DNA of 64,000 bases from an uncultured Gemmatimonadales bacterium (GTDB lineage: Bacteria > Gemmatimonadota > Gemmatimonadetes > Gemmatimonadales > GWC2-71-9), in contig CAVVKJ010000005.1 in assembly GCA_963748815.1 (NCBI GenBank), positions 256,001 through 320,000 on the forward strand, written 5' to 3'. Both the position numbers and the translations under genes were made by a program. Under the pieces are notes generated by a model. It was not told the origin of the DNA and made no database searches. It worked only from the letters and a program-made list of their open reading frames with translations. Within the stretch, counting starts at the first letter, position 1; the number at the start of each line of letters is the position of its first letter. Of this stretch, positions 1 through 10,205 are shown piece by piece.

Positions 1-443
1 ACGAGCGGGTGCGGCGTGCCGTGGCCGGGGCACTCTGCAAGATCCAGTCGACGGAGGCGCTCGAGGCGCTGCGGCACCTGCTGAACGACACGGAGCCGGT
101 GGTGCGTCTGCAGGCGGCGCAGGGCCTCGACGGCGACTGGGCGCGCGGGCTGGTGATGTCGATCGCGGTCCGTCTCCCGGAGGAGGGGCACGCGGACGTA
201 CTGCGGGAAATGCACCTGGCGCTCGGGCGGGTGGGGACGGCGGAGGCGGTGCAGGTGTTGCGGTCGGCGGCGGCGCCCGCGAAAGGGCTGCTCGCCCGCA
301 AGTCCGCGGCGGCTCGGCTCGCCGCGGTCGAGGGGCTGGCGCTCGCCGGCGGCGCGGCGGCGGCGGGCGCGCTGCAGGAGTTGTTGCGCGACTCGGACGC
401 GGCGGTGCGGAGCGCCGCCGAGCGGGGACTGTCGGGCGGCTGA
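1..443 (+). CDS. HEAT-repeat protein, 5'-truncated by window edge
   Basis: Repeated helical units such as 'LRHLLNDTEPVVRLQAAQGL' and 'LLRDSDAAVRSAAERGL'. Confidence 0.75.
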   Translation, partial: ERVRRAVAGALCKIQSTEALEALRHLLNDTEPVVRLQAAQGLDGDWARGLVMSIAVRLPEEGHADVLREMHLALGRVGTAEAVQVLRSAAAPAKGLLARKSAAARLAAVEGLALAGGAAAAGALQELLRDSDAAVRSAAERGLSGG

Positions 444-454
444 CGCCCCGGCGG

Positions 455-1522
455 CTACTGCGGGGCGAATCCGGTGCCGGGCTTGACCGAGCGGGCGAAC
501 GCCGCCAGCAGCCGGGCGGCACGGTCGAGGTCCTCGAGCTGCACCAGCTCGTTGGGGCTGTGCATGTACCGCAGCGGCACGCTGACCAAGCCGGTCGCCA
601 CCCCGCGGGCGGCGGTAAAGATGTGGTCGGCGTCGGTGCTCGTCATCCGCGGGGCGGCCTCGACAGTGTAGGGGATCTTTTCCTTTTCCGCCGCCCGCAC
701 CAGGTGGTCAAACACGGCGGCGTTCACCGCGCTGCCTCGGCTCAGGACCGGCCCCCCGCCAAGCTTGTAGTCGCCGTGCCGCCGCTTGTCGATGCCCGGA
801 TAGTCAGTGGCGTGCGTGACGTCCACCACGATGGCCACCTGCGCATCGAGTTCCGTCGCGCTGGTGCGCGCCCCGCCGCCGGTGTAGCCGATTTCTTCCT
901 GGGTGGTGCCCACCGCGGTGACCCGCGCCGCCAGCTTCTTGCCCGCCAGCAGTCGCAACGCCTCCAGGACCACGTAGGCCCCGATCCGATTGTCGAGTGA
1001 GCGGCTGGAGAGCCGGCCGTTGGGGAGCCGCAGCACGTTCGACGTCAGTACGCCGGGGTCGCCCACCTTTACCCGGGTCAGCGCCTCCTTCCGGTTCTTC
1101 GCGCCGATGTCCACCCACAGGTCCTCCACCTTCGAGACTTTTTCCCGGTCGTCCTTTTCCATCAGGTGAATGGCCTTCTTGCCGATGACGCCCTCCACCG
1201 GGCCGGCGTGGCCGAGGAGGGTGACCCGCTGCCCGACGAAGACCTGCGGGTCCCACCCGCCGATCCCCGCGAAGGAGAGGAAGCCGTCGTCGTCCACGTG
1301 CACCACCATCAGCCCGATCTCATCGAGGTGGCCGGCGAACATGAGGCGCGGGGATCCGGCGCCGTTGACGGTGGCGTAACAGTTCCCGTGGACATCGCTG
1401 CGGACGTCGTCGGCAAAGTCGGCGGCCTCGGCGCGCCAGAGCCGCGCGGGGGCGGCCTCGAAGCCGGAAGGTCCAGGGGCGTCGAGGAGACGGGTCAGGA
1501 AGTCGTAGGTGCGGGGAGGCAT
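455..1522 (-). CDS. M42 family metallo-aminopeptidase (FrvX-like)
   Basis: Motifs PGPSGFE, GHLDEIG, LDNRIG, QEEIG, VDVT and RYMHSP. Confidence 0.92.
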   Translation of the reverse strand: MPPRTYDFLTRLLDAPGPSGFEAAPARLWRAEAADFADDVRSDVHGNCYATVNGAGSPRLMFAGHLDEIGLMVVHVDDDGFLSFAGIGGWDPQVFVGQRVTLLGHAGPVEGVIGKKAIHLMEKDDREKVSKVEDLWVDIGAKNRKEALTRVKVGDPGVLTSNVLRLPNGRLSSRSLDNRIGAYVVLEALRLLAGKKLAARVTAVGTTQEEIGYTGGGARTSATELDAQVAIVVDVTHATDYPGIDKRRHGDYKLGGGPVLSRGSAVNAAVFDHLVRAAEKEKIPYTVEAAPRMTSTDADHIFTAARGVATGLVSVPLRYMHSPNELVQLEDLDRAARLLAAFARSVKPGTGFAPQ

Positions 1523-1567
1523 GGGAGTCCGGAAGCTGAAGGAACGCGGTGGCGCACGGCGCCAGCG

Positions 1568-1993
1568 CTAGGGGGCGAGTCGTCCAGGAGCCGTGGCGAT
1601 CAGCACACCGAATCCGGCGAGGACCACGGCAAAGGCCGCGACCGGCTGCCCGCCGACCGCCAGCACGAGGGCACCGACGAGGACGGTGCCTTCGCCGATG
1701 GCCCAGACCGCCACCGCTTTCGGCAGGTGCTGGCGCCACCAGGCGTCCACGCCCTGCGAGGCGCTTCGCTCCGGGATGAGTCGGCGAAAGGCCAGTCCGG
1801 CGAGGAGCCCGGAGGCGGCGAGGGCGTAGGCGGCGAAGCTCACCGCGCCCCCGGCTTCGTCCGGGAGCGCGAGGCGGCCGCGGAACAGCCACGCGAGCGC
1901 AGCGAGCACTCCCGCGCTCGCCCCGAGGCTCGCGTGCAGGAGGCGCGCGACGGTGGCGGGGGAAGTCGGAGTGGCGGGTGGCGGCGTGGTCAT
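1568..1993 (-). CDS. Hypothetical membrane protein (about 4 TM)
   Basis: Hydrophobic segments; ATG (MTTPPP) at 1993 chosen within the longer ORF. Confidence 0.6.
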   Translation of the reverse strand: MTTPPPATPTSPATVARLLHASLGASAGVLAALAWLFRGRLALPDEAGGAVSFAAYALAASGLLAGLAFRRLIPERSASQGVDAWWRQHLPKAVAVWAIGEGTVLVGALVLAVGGQPVAAFAVVLAGFGVLIATAPGRLAP

Positions 1994-2033
1994 GGCTACG
2001 GGAAAGTACGGTTTCCCGGCGTTGCCGTCCAGA

Positions 2034-3172
2034 CTATCGCTGATCCAGAAACTCGAGGATGCGTTCGGCGCGACGGTCCGACGACAGGTTCGGCGGCACG
2101 GGTGCAGGCCGCGGCGGAAGCAGCTGGCCGGCCAGCGCCGGCATCCGTAAGGACCCGGGTGATCGCTGCCGCCCACGATTCCGGCGTTGCCTCGGCCACC
2201 AGCCCGCAGGGACCCCGATCGAGGAGATCCCGGATGCCGGGGAGATCGCTCGCCACCGTGGGGATACCGTAGGCGAGGTACTCGAGCACCTTGAGCGGCG
2301 TGCCAATGTGGTTGCGCGGCGTGATGGCCAGAGGGGCCAGTCCGAGGTCGAGACGGGCCTTGATCGCCTCGAGTTCACGCGGCGACAGCCACGCCGACAC
2401 CTCGACACGATCCCCCACCCCCAGGGAGGCGGCGCGTTCTCGCATCGACGTCGCTTCCGCCTCGCTTCGGGCGCCAACCATGAGGAGCCGGCAGCCGGGC
2501 ACCTCGACGAGGCCGATGGAGCGGAGCACCAGGTCGAGGTCGTAGCGGTCCGCATCGAAGCTGCCGAGATACCCGATCGTGGCTCCGCCACTTCCCCGCC
2601 GGGCCCCGCGGCGATTGGATGGTTTGACGCCGCTGAGGGCGGTGAAGAATCGCTGGTTCGGGAAGCTCCGGAGATAGTACTGGCGCTGCGGCGCGGAGAC
2701 GCAGACGACCCCGTCCACCCGGGGCAGCCAGCGCCGCTCCCGCCGCGCCTGCTTCTCCCCCGAGCGCCCGGCGGGATCGTCGCGCAGGCTGGCGTCGGCG
2801 TAGAAGTCGTGTGATTCGAAGATCACGCCGCCCCCCGCGGAGACGACGCAGCACCAGCGCCCAGGGGAGGAAGCCGAGGTTGCGCGTGATGAGGACGTCC
2901 CAGCGGGCGAACCAGAGGTGCCAGAACGCCAGGAAGTGCACAAGGCGGTGGGAGCGGCGGAACGGGCCGGCATGGAGCAGGCGTACGGGCACAGGGGTGG
3001 GAATGCCGAATTCCTGTTCCAGTACGGCGTCGACGCCCGTGGTGGTGTTCGCGACGGTGATCAGTTCGAAATCGGCGCCAAGCTCCGCGAATCCGAAGGC
3101 GTTCCAGGTGACAAACGTCGTGCTGGGGGAGGCGCTCGGCCAGAGACCGTGATGGAAGTACTTAATCCGCAT
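2034..3172 (-). CDS. Glycosyltransferase family 4, frameshifted (at least 2 indels)
   Basis: N-terminus MRIKYFHHG in one frame, 'IFESHD...PLKVLEYLAYGIPTVASDLPG' in a second, C-terminus 'RAERILEFLDQR' in a third. Confidence 0.8.
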
Positions 3173-4360
3173 CGGCCGCGAGCACTTCCCGGTACAGGGC
3201 GAGGAGACGCTCCTCCATCCGTTCCCAGTTCAGCTCGTCCGCAAACAGCCGCGACGCCGCGGCCGACATCGGCCGCCGCGGCCGGATCGGCGGCAAGACG
3301 GTCGATGGCGTCGCCAGCTCCGCCCCAGCGCCCGGCCGCGGGATAGCACGATGCCGCACCGCCCGTCGCGAACGAGGGGACCCATGATCGGGTGCTCCAG
3401 CGTCGACGATCGGGAAGGCCGAACCGGAGGTAGTTGAAGAACTTGTTCGGCGTGCCGGTCAGCGCGTTGGGCGTCTCGTTCAGGCAGAGCCCCGCGTGAC
3501 CGCTGCGCAACCAGTCCGGCACCTCCTGGTAGGGCAGCAACCCGGTGAACGTGGAATCGCTCGCGCCGTGCCGTCCCGCGTCGGTCTGTGCGTTGAACCA
3601 CTCGAGCTCGGCCGACGGGAGGTCACCGATGACCAGGAAGCGCACGCGCGGCGAGCGGAGCAGCCGGGCCGCGTCCACCACGGGCGCAGCCCGCGATCGA
3701 ACAGGAGCCGCCCCTCGTGCACCACCCAGAAGGTGCCGTCTCGGCGGCAGGGCGGGCTCGCCTGCGGGCGAAGAGGCGGGCCGACTGGCTGTTCATCACC
3801 GTCACGACCGGCTTGTCGGTCAGGGTGCGGTAGTACTCGCTGATGAAGTCGCTGACCGTGACCACGCCGTCGGCTGCGGCGAGCATCCGGTTTTCGGTGG
3901 TGACGTAGTGGGGGAGCTTTCGCCGCTTCTCCTCGCTGAGGCGCAGCCGATGCAGGAAGAACTCGTGAAAGTCGAAGATGAGCTTCGTGTTCGGGAGTCG
4001 CTGCCTTCAGCTCCGCCGCCACGTCCATCGTGATGCCGTCCTCGTGGAAGTGGCAGATGTCGGGCTGGATGCGCTCGAGCGCGGCGAGGATGTCGCGACG
4101 AGCAGATGGCGAAGCGCAGTCCGAAGTTCTTCGGAATCCACCGGCGGTAGGGGTAGCTCTCGAAGCGCACCCCCTCGCGGACGAAGCGGGCCGCGATCCC
4201 GGGACCCGATGGTCCTTCCGCCGGCCGAGCCACCTGCCAGAGAGTCCGGGCACGAGAACAACCACCTCGTACCCGGCCCGGGCGAGGGAGGCGCCTCCTT
4301 GAAGAAGATGCGACCGTCGAAAGAGCGGTGCTCGAAGATGACGTGACAGACCCGTTTCAC
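3162..4360 (-). CDS. Glycosyltransferase family 4, frameshifted (several indels)
   Basis: Fragments 'KRVCHVIFEHRSFDGRIFFKE', 'PDICHFHED', 'ADGVVTVSD', 'PNKFFNYLRFGLP' and 'LNWERMEERLLALY' lie in different frames; GTGA overlap with the wecB stop. Confidence 0.8.
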
Positions 4361-5472
4361 GGCGTCGTCCTCCCGCGCGGTGCGCGTGCGATGAGCCGCG
4401 CAATCGCTTCCCCGGCCGCGCCGCCGCCATACATCGCCTGCGCGGGTTCGCCGGGCCGGGGCCGCGCAAGCGCCTCGCGCAGCGCGGCCTCCACCGCCTC
4501 GGCGGACACAGGCGGCACCAGTCGGTTCCACCCCGCCTCCACCAGTTCCGTCCACTCCGTCTCGTGTCGAAGCGTGAGGCAGGGAACCCGCTGGAAGAAC
4601 GCCTCCTTCTGCACGCCGCCCGAATCCGTGACCACCAGCCTCGCGCCGCGCTCCAGCGCCAGCATGTCGAGGTACCCCACCGGGTCGATCAGCCGGAGTC
4701 CGGGCGCGCGTTCCGGTCCGGGGCCCTGTTCGGAAAGTATGGCGCGGGTGCGGGGATGGAGGGGCAGCACCACCGGCACCTCCGACGCGACGGCCGCCAG
4801 GCCGGCGAGAATGTGTCCCAGCCGTTCGGGCGAATCGGTGTTCTCCGCACGATGAACGGTCGCCAGCACGTAGGATCCCGGCTGCAGTCGCTCCCGGGCC
4901 AGAGCCTCGCTCCACTCCGCGGCACGCGGGGCGAGGTGCAGGACGGAATCGTACATCACGTCCCCGACGAGGTGACACTGCTCCCGGGCGACCCCTTCGC
5001 GGGCCAGGTGCGCCATCGCCGTGGGCGTCGGCGCGAAGAGGAGCGACGCCACGTGGTCGGTGACGATGCGGTTGATCTCTTCGGGCATGGAGCGATTGAA
5101 CGAACGGAGGCCTGCTTCGACGTGGGCCACCGGGATGTGGAGCTTGGCCGCCGCCAGGGCCCCGGCGAGCGTCGAGTTGGTGTCGCCGTAGACGAGGACC
5201 CAGTCGGGCCGAGTCGTCGTCAGGACCTCCTCGATCGCCTCCAGCATCCGTCCGGTCTGCTGGCCGTGCGGCCCGGAGCCAATGCCGAGGTTCCACTCCG
5301 GTGCGGGGATCTCAAGTTCGTCGAAGAACACATCCGACATTTGGGCGTCGTAGTGCTGCCCGGTGTGCAGCAGGCGCTCGCGAACTCCTCCGTGCGCGGT
5401 CAGGGCGCGACTCACGACGGCGGCCTTGATGAACTGTGGTCGTGCGCCGAGGATGGAGACGACGTCGGTCAT
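4357..5472 (-). CDS. wecB: UDP-N-acetylglucosamine 2-epimerase (non-hydrolysing)
   Basis: Motifs GARPQFIK, HTGQHYD, YGDTNST, HVEAGLRS, TVHRAEN and TDSGGVQKEA. Confidence 0.93.
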   Translation of the reverse strand: MTDVVSILGARPQFIKAAVVSRALTAHGGVRERLLHTGQHYDAQMSDVFFDELEIPAPEWNLGIGSGPHGQQTGRMLEAIEEVLTTTRPDWVLVYGDTNSTLAGALAAAKLHIPVAHVEAGLRSFNRSMPEEINRIVTDHVASLLFAPTPTAMAHLAREGVAREQCHLVGDVMYDSVLHLAPRAAEWSEALARERLQPGSYVLATVHRAENTDSPERLGHILAGLAAVASEVPVVLPLHPRTRAILSEQGPGPERAPGLRLIDPVGYLDMLALERGARLVVTDSGGVQKEAFFQRVPCLTLRHETEWTELVEAGWNRLVPPVSAEAVEAALREALARPRPGEPAQAMYGGGAAGEAIARLIARAPRGRTTP

Positions 5473-5567
5473 GGCAGGGCTGCCGGGGCGACGAGATGCC
5501 GGGCGCAACCGCGCAGCGTGATGGGAATCATAAGGTTCGGGAAAGTACCGATGGCCGCGCGGCTACG

Positions 5568-6167
5568 CTACCGCTCGTATTTCCAGTTGCGGCGCTTGCC
5601 CTCCACCAGCCACGACACGGTCGTGCTCACCCTCCGCAGGCGGGTCTCCGGACGCTTCGCCTCGGTGATCCATTCCACGTATTCCCGGCGGTGGCTGGCG
5701 CTCGACGCCTCCCAGGTGGATCGCGCCTTGGCGTTTCGGGACAGGGCGGCGCGAAGATCGGCTGGCGTGCGCGGCGCGGGCTTCGGTCGGGCTGCCTTCT
5801 TGACGGGTTGGGCGCCAGACTCGTTGATGCGCATCGCCTGGTGGACGTACCTGGTGAGGGCGCGCGGCGAGGGGAGCTGCCCGACCTCGGTCAGGCGCCC
5901 GAACTGCCCCATCGCCGAGGCGGTCTTGTCGTCGCCGGTCTCCACGACTCGTGCTCCCTTCCAGAACCCGAGCCCGACGTGCTGCTTGAAGCCGGCCATG
6001 AAGCAGAGGATGCCGTGATAGGTGAACATCGGCATGCCCCACTTCACGGTTTCCTCGGCTTCGGGGCAGGCGGTATGCACGACGTCCCGAATGTGTGACA
6101 GGATCGGCCTGGCGAAGGGCGCGGCATTCTTGATATAGGCGGTGACGCGCGAGTCGTGTTTTCCCAT
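5568..6167 (-). CDS. YdeI/OmpD-associated (DUF1801 + OmdA) family protein
   Basis: 'EETVKWGMPMF' and 'SHRREYVEWITEAKRPETRLRR'. Confidence 0.85.
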   Translation of the reverse strand: MGKHDSRVTAYIKNAAPFARPILSHIRDVVHTACPEAEETVKWGMPMFTYHGILCFMAGFKQHVGLGFWKGARVVETGDDKTASAMGQFGRLTEVGQLPSPRALTRYVHQAMRINESGAQPVKKAARPKPAPRTPADLRAALSRNAKARSTWEASSASHRREYVEWITEAKRPETRLRRVSTTVSWLVEGKRRNWKYER

Positions 6168-6171
6168 TTGT

Positions 6172-6582
6172 TCAGCAGCTCCGAGGCGTTTCGTCAGGCA
6201 ACGAGCGACGCGAGACCCGAAGTGACACCACCGCCAACGCTCCGAGCGCGAGACCCAGGGCCATGGGAATGACCCCGAACGCGCCCAGCAGCCCTCCACC
6301 CCGCGCAGCACTTCGGTTCGCCGCCCCGAGGGCGAGCATCCCATAGAGGCAGAGCAGGGCGGCGATCACGAGACTGACCAGGTGGGTCCGCCGGAGCGCG
6401 ATTGCCACGCCCGGGCCCCGGCGCCAGAGGTGGACGCCCAGGGCGATCAGCCAGAGGGACGGGAGGACCAGCAACGGAATGCCGAGGAGTCCGACGACCG
6501 TGGCCAGCGGCAGGAGCAGCAGCCCCATCAGGATGTGGGCGGTACCGAGCAGTCGAGGGCGAACGACGCGGTCGGGAGGCAT
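6172..6582 (-). CDS. Hypothetical membrane protein (about 4 TM)
   Basis: Hydrophobic ORF filling the gap between msrB and the YdeI-like gene. Confidence 0.6.
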   Translation of the reverse strand: MPPDRVVRPRLLGTAHILMGLLLLPLATVVGLLGIPLLVLPSLWLIALGVHLWRRGPGVAIALRRTHLVSLVIAALLCLYGMLALGAANRSAARGGGLLGAFGVIPMALGLALGALAVVSLRVSRRSLPDETPRSC

Positions 6583-6585
6583 TCG

Positions 6586-7065
6586 TCAGCCTGCCGCCGG
6601 GTCGGCGAGCGACGCGACGTTGGCGGCATCGGTGAACGTGAGCGATTCCGAATTCACGCAGTAACGGAGTCCGCTGGGCCGCGGTCCGTCCTCGAAGACG
6701 TGGCCGAGATGCGCGTCGCAGCGGGCGCAGAGGATCTCGGTCCGGCGCATGCCGTAGGACCGGTCCTCGTGAGTCGTCACGTTTTCGGCGGCGATCGGCT
6801 GAAAGAAGCTGGGCCACCCCGTGCCCGAATCGAACTTGGCGTCCGAGACGAAGAGCGGGAGCCCGCAGCAGAGGCAGGCGTACACGCCGTCGCGCTTGTT
6901 GTCGAGGAGGGTGCCGCAGTGGGGCGCCTCGGTCCCCTTGCCCCGGGCAATCCGGTACTGGGTCGGGGAGAGCTGCGCCTGCCACTCTGCGTCGGACTTC
7001 ACGACAGGCGGCGCTTCCACCGGGCCGACCAGCTGACCCTCGCGATTGAACAGCTTGATGCGCAT
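6586..7065 (-). CDS. msrB: Peptide-methionine (R)-S-oxide reductase
   Basis: GTE, two Zn CxxC pairs, [21 protein letters not shown] and RYCVNS. Confidence 0.95.
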   Translation of the reverse strand: MRIKLFNREGQLVGPVEAPPVVKSDAEWQAQLSPTQYRIARGKGTEAPHCGTLLDNKRDGVYACLCCGLPLFVSDAKFDSGTGWPSFFQPIAAENVTTHEDRSYGMRRTEILCARCDAHLGHVFEDGPRPSGLRYCVNSESLTFTDAANVASLADPAAG

Positions 7066-7075
7066 GGGTGTCCGC

Positions 7076-7603
7076 CTATTCAAACGCCGGCGGGAGTGGG
7101 TTGCCGGGGCGCTCGGCATCCCAGAACACGGACAGGACCCACCAGCGGCTTCCGTCCCAGAGCAACTGGATGGAGTTGATCCCGCGCGCAAACGGCGTTG
7201 TCTCGGTGCCCCGGAAGCTCTGATAGGAACTGAAGGCCTGCGCGATCGTGCCGTACCGCTCGGTCGACCGCTTCAGTTCCAGCTCCCGAAAACCGATCGC
7301 GACCAGGAACGAATCCGCTCGGGTGCGATACTCATCCGGCGTCATGATCCGGACACCACACCGGCCGGCGGTGTCGCACCGGGTGGGCATGAGGCGGGCC
7401 TCGGGATGCATGAGCGACAGGAACCGATCCCACTGCCGCGGCTGGCCCGCGGGGCCGCTGATCACGGCGTACAGCGTCGTGATGATGCTGTCGATCGTGC
7501 CGACATCGGTGGGGCGTGTGGCAGGCCGGTCCTGCGCGGTGCCGGCAGCAATGCCCGTGACGGTGAAGAAGGCGAGGAGGAGCGTCGGGCGAATGCGAAG
7601 CAT
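7076..7603 (-). CDS. Secreted NTF2/SnoaL-like hypothetical protein
   Basis: Signal peptide; '[16 protein letters not shown]' and '[18 protein letters not shown]'. Confidence 0.7.
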   Translation of the reverse strand: MLRIRPTLLLAFFTVTGIAAGTAQDRPATRPTDVGTIDSIITTLYAVISGPAGQPRQWDRFLSLMHPEARLMPTRCDTAGRCGVRIMTPDEYRTRADSFLVAIGFRELELKRSTERYGTIAQAFSSYQSFRGTETTPFARGINSIQLLWDGSRWWVLSVFWDAERPGNPLPPAFE

Positions 7604-7639
7604 GTCAACACTTTCCGGGAGGGGGCGGCGCGATCGAGC

Positions 7640-7978
7640 CTACCGGTCCCAGTGCAGGGTATGGAAGAGCCGGTGCAGCAGCGGGGCGAGCAGCAGGCCG
7701 GCGGCAAAGATGAAGACGAGGCCGGCAAAGAGAGCGTAGAGCCCCGCGAACAATTTCCCGTTGTCAGTCCGGGGCGCGTTGACCGGCCCCATGCCCCCAA
7801 GCAGCATCGCCGAATTCAGGAAGGCGTCGCGCCAGGGCAGCTCCTCAAAGTGATGATATCCCGCCATGCCGATGGCGAGGGAAAGGGCCAGCAGCACCAA
7901 CACGGCGCCGAAATGCCTCGCGAGTCGCTCAAGGAACCTGCGGACCGGTAACGGTCGATCCCTGCGTGATTCATACAT
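7640..7978 (-). CDS. Small two-TM ion-channel-like (Ion_trans_2) protein
   Basis: TM, then pore-helix-like 'WRDAFLNSAMLLGGMGP', then 'GKLFAGLYALF' TM. Confidence 0.7.
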   Translation of the reverse strand: MYESRRDRPLPVRRFLERLARHFGAVLVLLALSLAIGMAGYHHFEELPWRDAFLNSAMLLGGMGPVNAPRTDNGKLFAGLYALFAGLVFIFAAGLLLAPLLHRLFHTLHWDR

Positions 7979-8044
7979 GGCTTTTCCCTTCACAACTGCG
8001 ACCGCGACACCAGGTGCATCAACACCGGGACGTCGCACCCCGGT

Positions 8045-8354
8045 TCAGGCGGACACCTCGTGCCAGAAGGTGATGTCCGGCGGACCGGCGAAGATGGCCG
8101 CGGCGCCCTGGATGAACGCCTGGATGTGCGGGGTCTGCATATGGGGCCCGGTGTAGGCCGCCTGGGAGGTCCAGCGTTCGTACAGCAGGAACCGGGTGTC
8201 GTCGGCGGCGTCCTGTAACGTGGTGATGCCGAGGCAGTCCGGCTCCTTGGCGAGCACCGTCCCGGATCAGGGGGGCCAGGGCCGCCCGGGCGGCCGCGCC
8301 CTTGCCGGGCTGCGCGCGATAGAGGATGACGACGGTGACGGGCTGAGCGGCCAT
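8045..8354 (-). CDS. ABM / putative quinol monooxygenase, one frameshift
   Basis: 'VTVVILYRAQPGKG' continues in another frame as 'EPDCL...FLLYERWTS..AY..HMQTPH'. Confidence 0.75.
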
Positions 8355-8378
8355 GCGGGCTCCTGCGCGAGGGGTGGA

Positions 8379-9746
8379 TTACCGAATATTTCCCCCCGCC
8401 GGCGATTCCGCCAGCACCAGGCGCGCCTCCTCGCCCGCGGCGGCAGTCAGGTCCTGATTGCCCATGACCACGCCGACCTTTTTCAGGAATGCGTTCGGCG
8501 GTTCGCCGCCGGCAAACACCCACATCCAGTCGTTCGGCAGCTCGGTGACCGTTCCTCCCGCCGAGAGCAAGATCGATTTTTCCCGAACCTCGGTCGGCTG
8601 GGATTCGAACACCACCCGGAGCTTCTTCCCCTTCACCGCCTCCTGCAGCTTCTGCGCGTTGCGTTCCTTGATCCGGCTGAACTCCGCCTGCCGGTACGAA
8701 AGGGTGACCTGGTTCCCCTTCTGGTACGCGAGGCCGAGCGCCGCCTCGACGGCGCTGTCGCCGCCGCCGACCACGAGAATCTTCGAGTTGATGTAGGCGT
8801 CCGCCTCGATCAGGCTGTACATGACCTTGGGGAGCTCTTCTCCCGGGATGTTGAGCTTCCTCGGCGTGCCCCGACGGCCCAGGGCCAGGACCACATGCCG
8901 CGCCCGGTAGCTGCCCCCAGCACTCGCGATCCGAAACGTGCCGTCGGCCTCCCGGTCGATGGTCTGCACCTTTTCCTGGGTCCGAATGGTGAGGTCGCCC
9001 CGTGCGATCACAGAGGCCCAGAACGCGAGCAGCTCCTCCTTCGAGATCTCCATCTTCTTGAACCGGCCGTGGAGCGGGAACTCCACCGGACTTGTCATGA
9101 CCAGCTTCTGCCGGGGGTACTTGGCCACCGTCCCACCGATCTCCTCCTGCTCGAGCGTCACGTAGCTGAGCGCCCGCTCCACGGCGCGCAGCGAGGCGCT
9201 CAACCCGCCCGGGCCCGCCCCGACGATGCAGACGTCGAGGACATCGGGGGAACTGGGTTGGGACGCGACCCGGCGGGCGATGGTGTCCATGCACTCGCGG
9301 CCCTGGTTCACCGCGTTCTTGATGAGGGCCAGCCCGCCGAGTTCCCCGATGATGAAGAGGCCGGGGATGTTGGTCTCGTACTCGCGCGAGAGCCGCGGCA
9401 TGTCGGCGCTGATGCTCGGGTCGGCCATCACGATCTCGATGGCGCCGACCGGGCAGGCGTCGGCGCAGAGGCCATGGCCGATGCACTTGTGGCCGTTGAC
9501 GATGGCGGCCTTGCCGGCGATCACCGCCAGGACATTCCCCTCCGGGCAGACGTCCACACAGGCACCGCAGCCGATGCAGTGCGACACGTCGATGTGCGGG
9601 TGCTGCGCCCGCGGCCCGCCGGAGTGGAGCTTGCCCCGTTCCGCGGCCGCCAGCGCCGCCCGCTCCCGCTGGCGCGTCTTCCGGATGTGAAGCAGCAGCG
9701 GGCCGATGAGGAAGAGGCCAAACACCGTGTAGATCAGCAGGTCCAT
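8379..9746 (-). CDS. Membrane-anchored 2x[4Fe-4S] ferredoxin fused to a TrxB/YpdA-like FAD/NAD(P)H oxidoreductase
   Basis: N-terminal TM; CIGCGAC..CP and CIGHGLC..CP; GAGPGG (FAD) and VVGGGDSA (NADPH); no TrxR CxxC. Confidence 0.85.
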   Translation of the reverse strand: MDLLIYTVFGLFLIGPLLLHIRKTRQRERAALAAAERGKLHSGGPRAQHPHIDVSHCIGCGACVDVCPEGNVLAVIAGKAAIVNGHKCIGHGLCADACPVGAIEIVMADPSISADMPRLSREYETNIPGLFIIGELGGLALIKNAVNQGRECMDTIARRVASQPSSPDVLDVCIVGAGPGGLSASLRAVERALSYVTLEQEEIGGTVAKYPRQKLVMTSPVEFPLHGRFKKMEISKEELLAFWASVIARGDLTIRTQEKVQTIDREADGTFRIASAGGSYRARHVVLALGRRGTPRKLNIPGEELPKVMYSLIEADAYINSKILVVGGGDSAVEAALGLAYQKGNQVTLSYRQAEFSRIKERNAQKLQEAVKGKKLRVVFESQPTEVREKSILLSAGGTVTELPNDWMWVFAGGEPPNAFLKKVGVVMGNQDLTAAAGEEARLVLAESPAGGNIR

Positions 9747-9976
9747 GGTCGCTCAGTGGTGTGAGTTCATCGGCGATGCAGGCTGCGAAGGGTACGGGCA
9801 GAGTGCACGTGCGGTGGATCACATTCGCCCGACGGATGGTCCGTCCCCGTGACGCGCAACGCACCGTTTGCGCCGTTTCTGCTGCGCATCACGGGTGCTC
9901 GCCGGGGCCGCGGGATCGCCCAGCCCCGCGCTAACCGCATTCCGCGGCCCTTCCTTGAAACACGCCGATACATATG

Positions 9977-9994
9977 TAATGAATCGTTTCACAT
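9977..9994. promoter_or_regulatory. Possible Rex-like operator in an AT-rich divergent promoter region
   Basis: TAATGAA-TCGT-TTCACAT against consensus TTGTGAA-N4-TTCACAA (3 mismatches). Confidence 0.3.
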
Positions 9995-10205
9995 CGGCGC
10001 CTGACCAAACTCGTCAAGTATTGTCTAACACTATGATAAATAAGGCGTTGTGGTGATTTCTTACAATCCAATCGTCTGGGTAGGATCCTTGCTGAATAGG
10101 GCTCCGTATTCCTACGGCCCCGCCCATTCGCGAGTCCACCATGCCACCCCCGCCAGGCGGGGGTCGGGGGGACGGGTCGCCGTCAACCAAACGACCGAAA
10201 GCTCG

